This document shows, piece after piece, positions 9,180 to 17,448 of a DNA stretch of 41,458 bases. Position 1 is the stretch's first letter. The number at the start of each line of letters is the position of its first letter. The stretch is from a virus (taxonomy: Duplodnaviria > Caudoviricetes), in IMG/VR virus record IMGVR_UViG_3300039916_000022, positions 1 through 41,458 of that record; one strand, 5' to 3'. Below the pieces are notes generated by a model. It ran no database searches. It was not told where the DNA came from and was given only the letters and a program-made list of their open reading frames with translations. The translations under genes and the position numbers were made by a program.

Positions 9180-9530
9180 TGTTTCTGGGCCGCCCATCCC
9201 TTCCCGACCGGTGGCACGACGCCATGGCCTCATGGCTGGCGCATGCCCCGGTGCTGTGTTCGGGGTGCTCGATATCCTACCGCCTCTCCCCCGGCGCGGC
9301 GTATCGCGCTGGCATCGCTACGGCAGCCGTCCCCACAGCACAGACAGCGGTTGCCCATGCGCAAACCCGTTCGAGCAGCGCCGCGCAAGCGGCGAATACA
9401 AGCGGGCAATGCCGGCAGCCGGGGAACCTCATGAAGAAGGGCGGGGCCTGCCAGGGCCTCGCCCTCTCTCTGTCCTCCTCTGCGTGTGGTGGTTCGGCCT
9501 CTCTCCATGACCCGAACCAAACCACGGATC

Positions 9531-9845
9531 ATGGACATGCAGACGGCTGATTTCCCCACCACCATGGGAATTGCTCCCACCGTGCGCTCCGAAATCGAGC
9601 AGGAGCTTCGCTACCTGCGCGGTCAGGGCGTGCCGTTGAAGGCGGGCTTCGAGCAGGTCGCGCGCATCATGCGCGTCACGGCCCGGCGCATCCGCCAGTA
9701 CCACGAGAACCTCGTGGCCGAAGAAGCCGTCACCGCCCGCGAGTGGCTGGCGGCCGTCGAACTCCGCAACCGCCGTCGTCGGGATCGCATCGCCGCGGCC
9801 CGCGCGCTCCTGGCGCAGGAAGCATCACATGAACCCCATCCGTAG
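9531..9845 (+). CDS. Putative HTH regulator in the CII position
   Basis: FEQVARIMRVTARRIRQY HTH-like segment downstream of cro; start uncertain. Confidence 0.5.
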   Translation: MDMQTADFPTTMGIAPTVRSEIEQELRYLRGQGVPLKAGFEQVARIMRVTARRIRQYHENLVAEEAVTAREWLAAVELRNRRRRDRIAAARALLAQEASHEPHP

Positions 9846-9978
9846 GCGCCTTGCGGACGCTTGCTACTGGCTGGCCGACAGGTTCGCAGACATCGGCGAC
9901 TGGCTCGCCGGTCATGTGCGCAAGGCGGCCGAGCGGCTCGAAGGGGATCGCGCCCCTCGCCAGGGAGCCGCCGAATGA
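9829..9978 (+). CDS. Small hypothetical protein (49 aa, not in ORF track)
   Basis: MNPIRRRLADACYWLADRFADIGDWLAG...; its stop overlaps the next ATG (ATGA). Confidence 0.45.
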   Translation: MNPIRRRLADACYWLADRFADIGDWLAGHVRKAAERLEGDRAPRQGAAE

Positions 9979-10682
9979 TCCACGGGCAGCAGGCGAAGGC
10001 TTGCGTCGAGACCCTGCGCGGCCTGGCGGCCAAGGGCCTCACCATGCAGCAGGCCGCCGACCGCATGGGGATCACCAAGAACTCGGTGATCGGCTACAGC
10101 CACCGCAACAACATCCTCTTCACCCCGGCCCGCAAGGGCGCTCGTCCGCGGGCGGCGCGGCCCGTGGAAGCGGCCAAGCCGATGCCCGAGGCCGTGCCCG
10201 CCAACTGGACGGCCGAGGGCGTCGCGCGACTGCGGAAACTGGCCGCTGCGGGCGTGACCCAGGCGGAGGCCGCCCGCGAGTTCGGCAAGTCGCGCCGCGC
10301 CATCTCCAACGTCGCCTGTCGCCTGGGTATCGAGTTCCTGTGGCATCGCCGCGCCGCAGCGTCGAAGCGCCCGGCCGCCGTCAGCGGGCCGGTGGTGGCG
10401 CACCTCGCCTCGATGCCGAACCCCGTGCGCGAGGCGGAGGCCAAGAAGGCCGCGAAGAGCCTGCGGAAGGGAATGGCCGCGGCGACCGAGATTGCTGAGC
10501 AGAGCCCTGTCCCCGCTCACCTGCGGCCGTTGAAAGGCTGCTGCTTCCCCCTGTTCCGTGACGGCGCCAAGCCGGGCCCGAATGCGCTGTTCTGCGACGC
10601 GCCGCGCGCCGCCGGCCGCTCCTACTGCGCGGCCCACACGGCTGTGGCGTTCCAGCGCCGGGCCGTGCCGGAGGCCGCATGA
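9975..10682 (+). CDS. GcrA-like transcriptional regulator
   Basis: MGITKNSVIGYSHR and WTAEGVARLRKLAAAG HTH motifs; C-terminal CCFPL...FCDAP...SYCAAH. Confidence 0.75.
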   Translation: MIHGQQAKACVETLRGLAAKGLTMQQAADRMGITKNSVIGYSHRNNILFTPARKGARPRAARPVEAAKPMPEAVPANWTAEGVARLRKLAAAGVTQAEAAREFGKSRRAISNVACRLGIEFLWHRRAAASKRPAAVSGPVVAHLASMPNPVREAEAKKAAKSLRKGMAAATEIAEQSPVPAHLRPLKGCCFPLFRDGAKPGPNALFCDAPRAAGRSYCAAHTAVAFQRRAVPEAA

Positions 10683-11071
10683 GCGCCATCCTCCCTTCCG
10701 AGCGCGAGATCCAGCGCCAGATCATCGACTGGCTGAACCTGGCCCTGCCCTACGGCAGCGTCGTGCACCACTCAGCGAACGAAGCCGCGCCCGATCCGTC
10801 CCGCAGCAAGCGCGCCACTGCGGCCTATTTCGGCAACCGGCGCCGGGACGGCGTGCTGGACGGCTTCCCGGACCTGATCCTGCTGATCCCGCCTGGGCGC
10901 ACCGTGCTGCTGGAGGTGAAGAAGCACAACGGCCGGGTGCAGCCGACGCAGGACGAGCTGCTCGGTCGCATCGGCATGGCGGGCTTCCCGGTCGGCGTGG
11001 TGCGGAGCACCGAGGATACCCGTGACGTGCTGACGCGCGCCGGCATCCCGCTGCGAACGGTGCGGCTGTGA
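10679..11071 (+). CDS. VRR-NUC domain nuclease (resolvase-like)
   Basis: SEREIQRQI...GVLDGFPDLILL...LLEVK...Q; PD-(D/E)xK motif. Confidence 0.85.
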   Translation: MSAILPSEREIQRQIIDWLNLALPYGSVVHHSANEAAPDPSRSKRATAAYFGNRRRDGVLDGFPDLILLIPPGRTVLLEVKKHNGRVQPTQDELLGRIGMAGFPVGVVRSTEDTRDVLTRAGIPLRTVRL

Positions 11072-11277
11072 GCAAGGAACTCGATGGCCTCGACGTGCAG
11101 CGGATGCTGCGCGCGGCCTGCGCCGCCGCCGGCGGGCAAGCCGCTTTCGCCAGGATGAACGGCGTGTCGGCTTCGTACCTCTCGCAAGTTCTGAATGCCG
11201 TGAAGCCACCAAGCGACATCTTGCTGAGTTCGATCGGCATTAAGCGCGTGGTTAAGTATCTGGAGATCCAGCGCTGA
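11068..11277 (+). CDS. Small HTH protein
   Basis: GGQAAFARMNGVSASYLSQVLN. Confidence 0.7.
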   Translation: MSKELDGLDVQRMLRAACAAAGGQAAFARMNGVSASYLSQVLNAVKPPSDILLSSIGIKRVVKYLEIQR

Positions 11278-11753
11278 TGCCTGTCTACATGATCAGGGCC
11301 GGCTTGAACGGTCCGGTGAAGATTGGGAAGGCAGACAACCCAGCAAAGCGGCTCATGACATTGCAGATTTCACACTATGAGGATCTGCACTTCATGCGCC
11401 TTTTCGCGGGCGGCGTAAGTGAGGAGTTCGGCCTTCACCGCCGCTTCCACCAACAGCACATCCGGGGAGAGTGGTTTCACTTCGTGCCAGCGATGATGGG
11501 CGATCTCGGCTTGCTGGAGATCACCCTCGGCTCGATCAAGAAAGCATTAGCTGATCCATGGGACCAGGCGCCCTCTGGATACGACAAGAAAATCTGGCGC
11601 GCGGCGGTTCGTCACTGGCGGAGGGATTTGTACTCCGACCCCGCCACAACACCCCTCGAAATCTATCGCGAAGCGATGGCTCGCGAAGGCGATGCACCCC
11701 GGATGGAAGCCGGAGCGCATCAGGAAACAACTATTGAAGGAAGGTCCCCATGA
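11277..11753 (+). CDS. GIY-YIG (T5orf172-like) protein
   Basis: VYMIRAG...VKIG...RL..LQ...E..LH..F...IRGEWF. Confidence 0.8.
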   Translation: MPVYMIRAGLNGPVKIGKADNPAKRLMTLQISHYEDLHFMRLFAGGVSEEFGLHRRFHQQHIRGEWFHFVPAMMGDLGLLEITLGSIKKALADPWDQAPSGYDKKIWRAAVRHWRRDLYSDPATTPLEIYREAMAREGDAPRMEAGAHQETTIEGRSP

Positions 11754-12214
11754 TGCCGGATCGGGATGACAGCGGCAAGGGGAACTTGCCACAGCCCCTC
11801 ACGCCGCCGGAGTGCGACCTGCGGGACTATCCGTGGATGCCACTCGACGCCGCCCGCTTGCTCGACAGCAGCCTGTTCGCGCGCAGCACCGGAGACGAGT
11901 TCAAGGCCGCGGTGGCGCTGTGGTGCAAGGCTTGGGGCCAAGTGCCTGCCGGCAGTCTGCCCGACGACCCGCGAGACCTGGCGCACCTGTCCGGTGCCGG
12001 GGCGCGCTGGAACAAGGTGAAGGCGATGGCGCTGCACGGCTGGGTTCGGTGCAGTGATGGCCGCCTCTATCACCACGTCGTGGCGGATAAGGCCCGTGAG
12101 GCGTGGGAGCGCAAGCTGGCTCAGCGTTCGCGGACCGAGGCAGCCCGCGCTGCGCGCGCCGCTCGACGGTCTGACGCACATGACGATGCGCGCCCCTCGG
12201 CAGCGACGACAGAT

Positions 12215-12298
12215 CCCGTCACAGACCGCGCAACGCAGTCTGTCGCAACCTCTGTGACAGACACTGTGACTGTCTCTGTGACAGAGGTTGTCACAGGC
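12215..12298. repeat. 12-bp-period iterons (putative replication origin)
   Basis: TCTGTCGCAACC / TCTGTGACAGAC / ACTGTGACTGTC / TCTGTGACAGAG / GTTGTCACAGGC in tandem (12239-12298), plus CCCGTCACAGAC at 12215. Confidence 0.7.
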
Positions 12299-12301
12299 TC
12301 C

Positions 12302-12336
12302 ACCAGACCAGACCAGACCAGACCTTACCAGAACAG
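12302..12336. repeat. Pentanucleotide microsatellite (ACCAG)4-ACCTT-ACCAG-AACAG
   Basis: Directly visible. Confidence 0.9.
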
Positions 12337-12779
12337 AAAGAAGAGAAGATCTCCTCGCTACGCTCGGAGCGCGGCGAGGCCGCGCCGGCCGGCCAGCCCG
12401 AGGAGGTTTGCCAGGAGCCCGCCCCGCCCCTGGATGCCAGGACGGCTCTCTTCCGGGAGGGCAAGGCCCGGCTGATGCGCATCTCCGGCAAGACCGACCG
12501 CGCCGCCGGCGGGCTGATCCAGCGGTGGCTGCGGGAGACGGGCGACGACTGCGCCATGATCTCCGGGCTGCTGGCCATGGCCGAGGCGGACCGCCGCTAC
12601 GACCCGATCGCCTGGGTGGAGGCCGCGATCCAGAAGCGAACCGGGAAGCGTGGTCAGGCGCAGCCGGAGCAGCAGTTCCGCAACCCGTGGCTGGCCCGGC
12701 AGGCAGCCCAGGCCGGCCACGCGGTGATCGACATCGACGACGACAGTTTCCTCACCCCTAGCCGCCCGAGGCTCATCTG

Positions 12780-13508
12780 ATGGTCCCGTCCCAGGACAAC
12801 GTCATCGCCCGCTGGGTTGGCGCCCTCAACGGCCTGCGCTTCAGCCGCGAGGCGGTGGCGGAGACGGACATGCGGGTCACGCAGTGGGCCGGCATGCTGT
12901 CCAGCCGCTTCCCCGCCTGGGCCTTCTGCGGCCGCAGCCTGGAGCACGTCGCCGCCAAGGCGGTCCGGGCGGACGACTACCGCGACGTGACCAAGGCCCT
13001 GGAGGACTGGATGCGGGAGAACCCCGACCGCGCACCCAGGCTCCCGGGCTCCGCCGCGGAGGCCCAGCTCTCCGAAGAGGATCGGGTGTGGCTGCGCCGC
13101 TGGGATGCCGATCCGGTCGAGGGCGCTGTTCCCGGCGCCCGGGCATCCCTCATCCGCCGCCAGGCGCCAGCCGCGATGCGTGAGCTGGTCCGGTCCGGCC
13201 GGGCTGACGCCCGCGACGAGGATGCGGAGGACCGGGCGTGGTGGGAGGGACGCATGGACGACATCCGAGCCCTGCCGCACCCCACGCAGCGGTGGCGCAT
13301 GGCCATGGGCATGAACGCGACCCTGTGCCGTCCCAGTGCCTATCCCCGCCCCTGGGCCATCGGAGAGATCGCCGAGATCCTGCGGGAAGCGGTGGAGGCC
13401 GGAGCGGACACGGACATGGCCGGCGTGTCCTGGCCGCGCGGGCATGTGCCCGACATGCGCGCCGATCGCGCTGATCCGCATGGCAACCTGGGGATAGCCG
13501 CAGAATGA
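12780..13508 (+). CDS. Hypothetical protein (replication block)
   Basis: 242 aa, coupled by TGATG. Confidence 0.65.
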   Translation: MVPSQDNVIARWVGALNGLRFSREAVAETDMRVTQWAGMLSSRFPAWAFCGRSLEHVAAKAVRADDYRDVTKALEDWMRENPDRAPRLPGSAAEAQLSEEDRVWLRRWDADPVEGAVPGARASLIRRQAPAAMRELVRSGRADARDEDAEDRAWWEGRMDDIRALPHPTQRWRMAMGMNATLCRPSAYPRPWAIGEIAEILREAVEAGADTDMAGVSWPRGHVPDMRADRADPHGNLGIAAE

Positions 13509-13738
13509 ACCACACCGACGCGATGGCGATCGCCTGGGCGCTGAACGCCGAGGAACGCACGGTGGTCCGGAGCATGTCCCGGACCGATCCGATCGCCTTG
13601 GCCGATTTCGTTGGCTGGCGCCCCGTGCTGGACGCGCTGAAGGCCTGCGGGATCGTCTTCCTGGCGTCTGGGCACGCCTCGCTCACCCTGTTCGGTGGCG
13701 AGGTGCGCGAGGCCCTGATGCGGGGCGAGGCGGCGTGA
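13505..13738 (+). CDS. Hypothetical protein
   Basis: Coupled 77-aa ORF. Confidence 0.55.
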   Translation: MNHTDAMAIAWALNAEERTVVRSMSRTDPIALADFVGWRPVLDALKACGIVFLASGHASLTLFGGEVREALMRGEAA

Positions 13739-14475
13739 CCCGCAACCCCCTATTCCCGGGGCGTCCATTCGAGTTGGTCCACCATGTGCGGGATGGGCGG
13801 CGCCTGGCGGCGGCCCGCTTCGTCTGCGCGACCTGCGAGGCAAAGCAGGAATTCTCCGTCGGCAGTCAGGGGATCAATCCAGAAGCCATCGTGAAGACGG
13901 CGGCCGGCCTGGGCTGGGAGGTGAAGCTCCGTTCCGAGCGGGCCACCTGCCCACGTTGCGCTGCCGCGCGCCGGGCCCGGGCGAAGGGCGAGAGCCCCAA
14001 GGAGCAAAGCGAGGACGCTCACCGCTTTGCCGACATCCTCAGCGGGGCGAAGGCAGGCCTGGAGCGCGCTAAGGCCGATCGCGTCTCCGCGCCCCGGTTC
14101 AGCATACCAGTCGGCCATTCCCAGAAGGTCATTCCCATGCAGTCCAAGCCGTCCACCCCCACCGCCGTGACGCCGCGCACGCTGACCGACAGCGAGCGGC
14201 TCAAGATCCGGACCCTGCTGGACAGCCACTTCGATGACGCCAAGGGCCGATACCTCGATGGCTACTCGGACCAGCGCATCGCCGCCGAGGTCAACGTGCC
14301 TCGCATCCATGTCGAGACGATCCGTGAGGCCGGCTGGGGGCCGATCCGGCTCGATCCGGAGGTGGCGGCCATCGCCGAGGAACTGCGCAAGGCCCGCGAG
14401 GAAGTCGAGGCGCTGTCCCAGCGTATCGGCATGCTGACCGCGCGGCTGGAAAAGAGCGCCGGGGCCGCGGCGTGA
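13735..14475 (+). CDS. Hypothetical protein with Zn ribbon (CATC...CPRC) and C-terminal HTH/coiled coil
   Basis: Two CxxC motifs; YSDQRIAAEVNVPRIHVETIRE. Confidence 0.6.
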   Translation: MTRNPLFPGRPFELVHHVRDGRRLAAARFVCATCEAKQEFSVGSQGINPEAIVKTAAGLGWEVKLRSERATCPRCAAARRARAKGESPKEQSEDAHRFADILSGAKAGLERAKADRVSAPRFSIPVGHSQKVIPMQSKPSTPTAVTPRTLTDSERLKIRTLLDSHFDDAKGRYLDGYSDQRIAAEVNVPRIHVETIREAGWGPIRLDPEVAAIAEELRKAREEVEALSQRIGMLTARLEKSAGAAA

Positions 14476-14621
14476 CCTGGACCGTGCTCACCATCGCTCT
14501 CGTGCTGTGGCTCGGCTGGACCGCCTACTGCCTCCGCCGGTGGCGCCGGAGCCGGGAGCGCATGGAGCGAGAGCACGCCGCGGCGATGGAGCGCATCCGG
14601 CGCGTGGAGCGGATCGATTGA
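14472..14621 (+). CDS. Small membrane protein (49 aa, not in ORF track)
   Basis: GTG start; MTWTVLTIALVLWLGWTAYCLRRWRR... Confidence 0.45.
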   Translation: MTWTVLTIALVLWLGWTAYCLRRWRRSRERMEREHAAAMERIRRVERID

Positions 14622-14637
14622 GGGGGAGAAACCGGAC

Positions 14638-15372
14638 GTGAACGCCATCACCCACACCCGCCCCGTCCTGCCCGACCCCTGCCCGGAGGACGAAGGCCGC
14701 CTCCAGCGCGCCCGGATGCTCGCGGGCAACCTGGTGGAGCGGGAGATCCGGGCGATCCGGGCCGGGGCTGCCAGCGAGGCCCTGAGCCGGGCCCAGGCGG
14801 TGGCACAGACGGAGGAGGTGGGTGGCAAGCGGGGCGACCATGGCCCGGCCCATCAGCGCAGGCGCCGGCGGCTGGAGGTGGTGGACGCGATGGACCCCGC
14901 GAACCCGAACGGGCCGCGCATCCGCCGCGCCCGGCTCCGCGATCCCCTACGTCGAATGGTGAAGACCGGGACGCTGCCGTTCCGCCTGTTCGTCGCGGCC
15001 GAGGTGTTCCGGGAGGACTGCGCCAAGGCGGACGGTGGCGAGGATGCAGGCGAGAGCTTCGGCCGGGCGCTGGATCGTGCCGCCAACGGCGTGCCAGCCG
15101 AGCCACCCCTGTCGCCCTGGATGCGGGGGAACGAGGGCAAGCCCGGGCAGTGGGCGGCAGGCGAACGGGTGCGGCGTGCGCTCCAGGCGATCGGCATCGT
15201 GGCCGGTGGCGTGTTCTCCTGGGTGGTCATCAGCCGAGGCACGCTGGACGACTACGACCGCTGCAAGGGGCAGGAGAAGGGCGCGGGATCGAGGGTGCTG
15301 AAGGCGGCGCTGCTGCGCCTCGCCGATCACTACGCACTCGGTGACGTGCAGCCTCCGCCGGACTGGACTTGA
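14638..15372 (+). CDS. Putative late-gene regulator (Q position)
   Basis: Last early-right gene, immediately followed by a TTGACA promoter and a terminator hairpin; function inferred from synteny. Confidence 0.5.
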   Translation: MNAITHTRPVLPDPCPEDEGRLQRARMLAGNLVEREIRAIRAGAASEALSRAQAVAQTEEVGGKRGDHGPAHQRRRRRLEVVDAMDPANPNGPRIRRARLRDPLRRMVKTGTLPFRLFVAAEVFREDCAKADGGEDAGESFGRALDRAANGVPAEPPLSPWMRGNEGKPGQWAAGERVRRALQAIGIVAGGVFSWVVISRGTLDDYDRCKGQEKGAGSRVLKAALLRLADHYALGDVQPPPDWT

Positions 15373-15396
15373 CAGCGCGGGGGCTAAAGTGGCATT
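15369..15396 (+). promoter_or_regulatory. Putative late promoter (PR'-like)
   Basis: TTGACA at 15369-15374, 16-nt spacer, weak -10-like GGCATT. Confidence 0.5.
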
Positions 15397-15419
15397 CGAC
15401 GTCATCCTGTTCGGATTGC

Positions 15420-15457
15420 GCCCCGGCGGCTTCGGCCTTCCGGGGCTTCGTCGTTCT
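15420..15457 (+). terminator. Hairpin terminator/attenuator
   Basis: GCCCCGG...CCGGGGC stem with an inner GGC-TTCG-GCC, followed by TTCGTCGTTCT. Confidence 0.55.
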
Positions 15458-15465
15458 GATGCCAA

Positions 15466-15690
15466 TCAAGCAGCATCGGCGGACGACTGCGCTTCAGCCC
15501 AGGCATCGATAATTGCCAGAGCCGATGATGGCGAGGCAAAGCGCATCCCGTCACAGGGATGGCCCGCCAGTCGCAGGTAGTTCTGTCCCGGGTGATGGCG
15601 ATCGCCGGTCTCGATCAGAGCGCCGCGATAACCCCAGACGGGACCGCCCTGTGGGCCATAACGGCAAACGATCTTTGGTGGGACGGGCAT
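15466..15690 (-). CDS. Small unknown protein, paralog A (GGPxWxYRG/GHPxDG family)
   Basis: Aligns without gaps to 15811..16044 and 40737..41027. Confidence 0.75.
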   Translation of the reverse strand: MPVPPKIVCRYGPQGGPVWGYRGALIETGDRHHPGQNYLRLAGHPCDGMRFASPSSALAIIDAWAEAQSSADAA

Positions 15691-15810
15691 GACGCACCCT
15701 AGCTCACGTTTGTGTGTTATACAACTTATAGTTGTTGCCACTCTGAACCTTTCCGATGCCGGAAGCCCCCGTGCTGACGGTTGGTGGTTTCTGGACTTCG
15801 ACGTTCTGGC

Positions 15811-16044
15811 CTAGTCCAACCCTTGCGCGCCAAGCCAATCGTCGATGGCGGACTTGGCTGCGGCCAGTGTTGGGAAGCACCAGCCGTCCTTCGGGTGGCC
15901 ATCCAGTCTGAGATAGTGCTGGCTCGCGAATGGGGCTCCAGCGGTCACGATGAGACCGCCGCGGTATTCCCATGTGGGACCCCCTCGGAGGCCGCGGCTG
16001 TACAACAGGCGGGGCTCTCTTCCCGCGCTCTCGTTCGAAGCCAT
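15811..16044 (-). CDS. Small unknown protein, paralog B
   Basis: GGPTWEYRGGLI...HYLRLDGHPKDG...IDDW. Confidence 0.75.
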   Translation of the reverse strand: MASNESAGREPRLLYSRGLRGGPTWEYRGGLIVTAGAPFASQHYLRLDGHPKDGWCFPTLAAAKSAIDDWLGAQGLD

Positions 16045-16122
16045 CGACTGATGTCCAGTGGATACGTCTCAATATGAGGCAATATCTCGGATCGTGAAAT
16101 CACCCGTTTGAGTGAGGTGCGG

Positions 16123-16479
16123 ATGGCCAAGCTGACCAACCTGCCGCCCCGGCTCGCGCCGATCGACACGCGGACCTCCCTTCCCCCTGCCAAGCAGGCC
16201 GCTGCCCACTACCACAGCCCCGAGCACCGGGCCTGGAGCGCGGCCGTCATCCGTCGTGCCGGCGGCGTCTGCCAGGGCCCGGGCTGTGGCCGCAGCGGCG
16301 TCCGGCTCTTCGCTGACCACATCCGCGAGCTGCGGGACGGCGGCGCCCCCTTCGACCTCGCCAACGGCCAGGCGCTCTGCGGCACCTGTCACAGTCGCAA
16401 GACAGCCACCGTCAGGGCGGCGCGGATGAAGGAACGCTACGCCCAGCGCCCCCGGCGCGAGACCGCCCCAGGCGGCTAA
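16123..16479 (+). CDS. HNH endonuclease (HK97 gp74-like packaging nuclease)
   Basis: CQGPGC...ADHIRELRDGG...NGQALCGTCHSRKT; upstream of terminase. Confidence 0.88.
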   Translation: MAKLTNLPPRLAPIDTRTSLPPAKQAAAHYHSPEHRAWSAAVIRRAGGVCQGPGCGRSGVRLFADHIRELRDGGAPFDLANGQALCGTCHSRKTATVRAARMKERYAQRPRRETAPGG

Positions 16480-16502
16480 GCAAGACAGATCGACTGGGAG
16501 CA

Positions 16503-16949
16503 GTGATGATCCTGTTGAAGGTAGTCGGAAGCAATCAGTCGGCCCTAGTGGATGACTGTTGGGCTCATCTCGCCAAGTATCGATGGCGGCTCGACAAACA
16601 AGGCTATGTGATGCGGAAGGCAGGGCGCCGGATATACCTGCACCACGTTGTCATGCCAGGCGAGCGCTGGCCCGAGTTCGTCCGTGACCACATCAATCGG
16701 GACAAACTCGACAACCAGAGCGGCAACCTGCGTTGGCTCAGTCGATCAGAGAGCCCTCAGAACCGCGGCCCCTGCCAGCGTAATGGCACCGGTGTGCGTG
16801 GCGTGCGTTTCGATGCGGGGCGGCAGCAATTTCTGGCAAGAGTTCAGCATGAGGGAAAGGCAGTTGCGCGAGCGTGGTTCGCAACCGCCGAAGAAGCGGC
16901 CGCATACCTCGACCGGATCAGGCCGCTGGTCCTGCCCTTCTCGGCATAG
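16503..16949 (+). CDS. HNH-AP2-type homing endonuclease-like protein
   Basis: LHH...DHINRDKLDNQSGNLR plus AP2-like GVRGVRFD...FLARV...FATAEEAA. Confidence 0.8.
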   Translation: MMILLKVVGSNQSALVDDCWAHLAKYRWRLDKQGYVMRKAGRRIYLHHVVMPGERWPEFVRDHINRDKLDNQSGNLRWLSRSESPQNRGPCQRNGTGVRGVRFDAGRQQFLARVQHEGKAVARAWFATAEEAAAYLDRIRPLVLPFSA

Positions 16950-17070
16950 GGGGGGGCAAAAACTCCGCGGCCTATCTGGGGCCCTGGACCGCATCGGGGT
17001 CACGCGGACAAAATTTCCCGGCCTCTGATTATCCCTCGGCCGGCCGGTTGATTTTTCAATAGTCCCGTCA
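16948..17070. other. Probable cos/packaging-initiation region
   Basis: Intergenic G-run followed by CAAAAAC, GGACCGCATCGGGGTCACGCGG and A/T tracts between HNH and terS, the usual cos position in HK97-like phages. Confidence 0.5.
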
Positions 17071-17103
17071 GTGGGTTACGGGACGCATCCTGCGAGGAAT
17101 TCA

Positions 17104-17448
17104 ATGGCCAAGGGTGGCTACCGACCGGGCGCTGGGCGCCCTCGGGGCTCGACCACGGCCGGCAAGAAGGTGAAGGCCGCCGAGAAGGCTCTTCAGGCCG
17201 CGCCTCAGGGCTCCCGCCGCTTCGAGACGGCGCTGGATTTCGCCATGGCGGCGATCAACGGAGAGGTGGAGGCCGATATGGACGGCAAGATCCGCCTCGC
17301 CATCGCAGCCATGCCCTTCCAGCACCCGAAGAAGGAGGCGACCGCGGCGGGCAAGAAGGAGCAGCGCGAGGAGAAGGCGAAGGCCGCCGCAAGCGGCAAG
17401 TTCGCCCCGCCGGCGCCACCTAAGCTCGTGGTCGATAACGGCAAGTGA
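17104..17448 (+). CDS. terS: Terminase small subunit
   Basis: GGYRPGAGRP N-terminus; AAMPFQHPK; C-terminal KFAPPAPPKLV; overlaps terL. Confidence 0.85.
   Translation: MAKGGYRPGAGRPRGSTTAGKKVKAAEKALQAAPQGSRRFETALDFAMAAINGEVEADMDGKIRLAIAAMPFQHPKKEATAAGKKEQREEKAKAAASGKFAPPAPPKLVVDNGK

Larger units (their letters stand above)
11750..12780 (+). pseudogene. DUF1376 (YdaU-like) replication initiator, frameshifted in an (ACCAG)n tract
   Basis: N-terminus CDLRDYPWMPLD...LWCKAWGQVPAGSLPDD...DGRLYH. After ~12325 the plausible continuation (EQKEEKISSLRSERGE...LFREGKARLMRISG) is in the frame of ORF 12475..12780. Confidence 0.75.

Noticed and set aside
9180-9530. Overlapping ORFs between cro and the CII-position gene
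   Set aside because: Several frames are open but none has a recognisable motif or clear RBS, so I cannot choose one.
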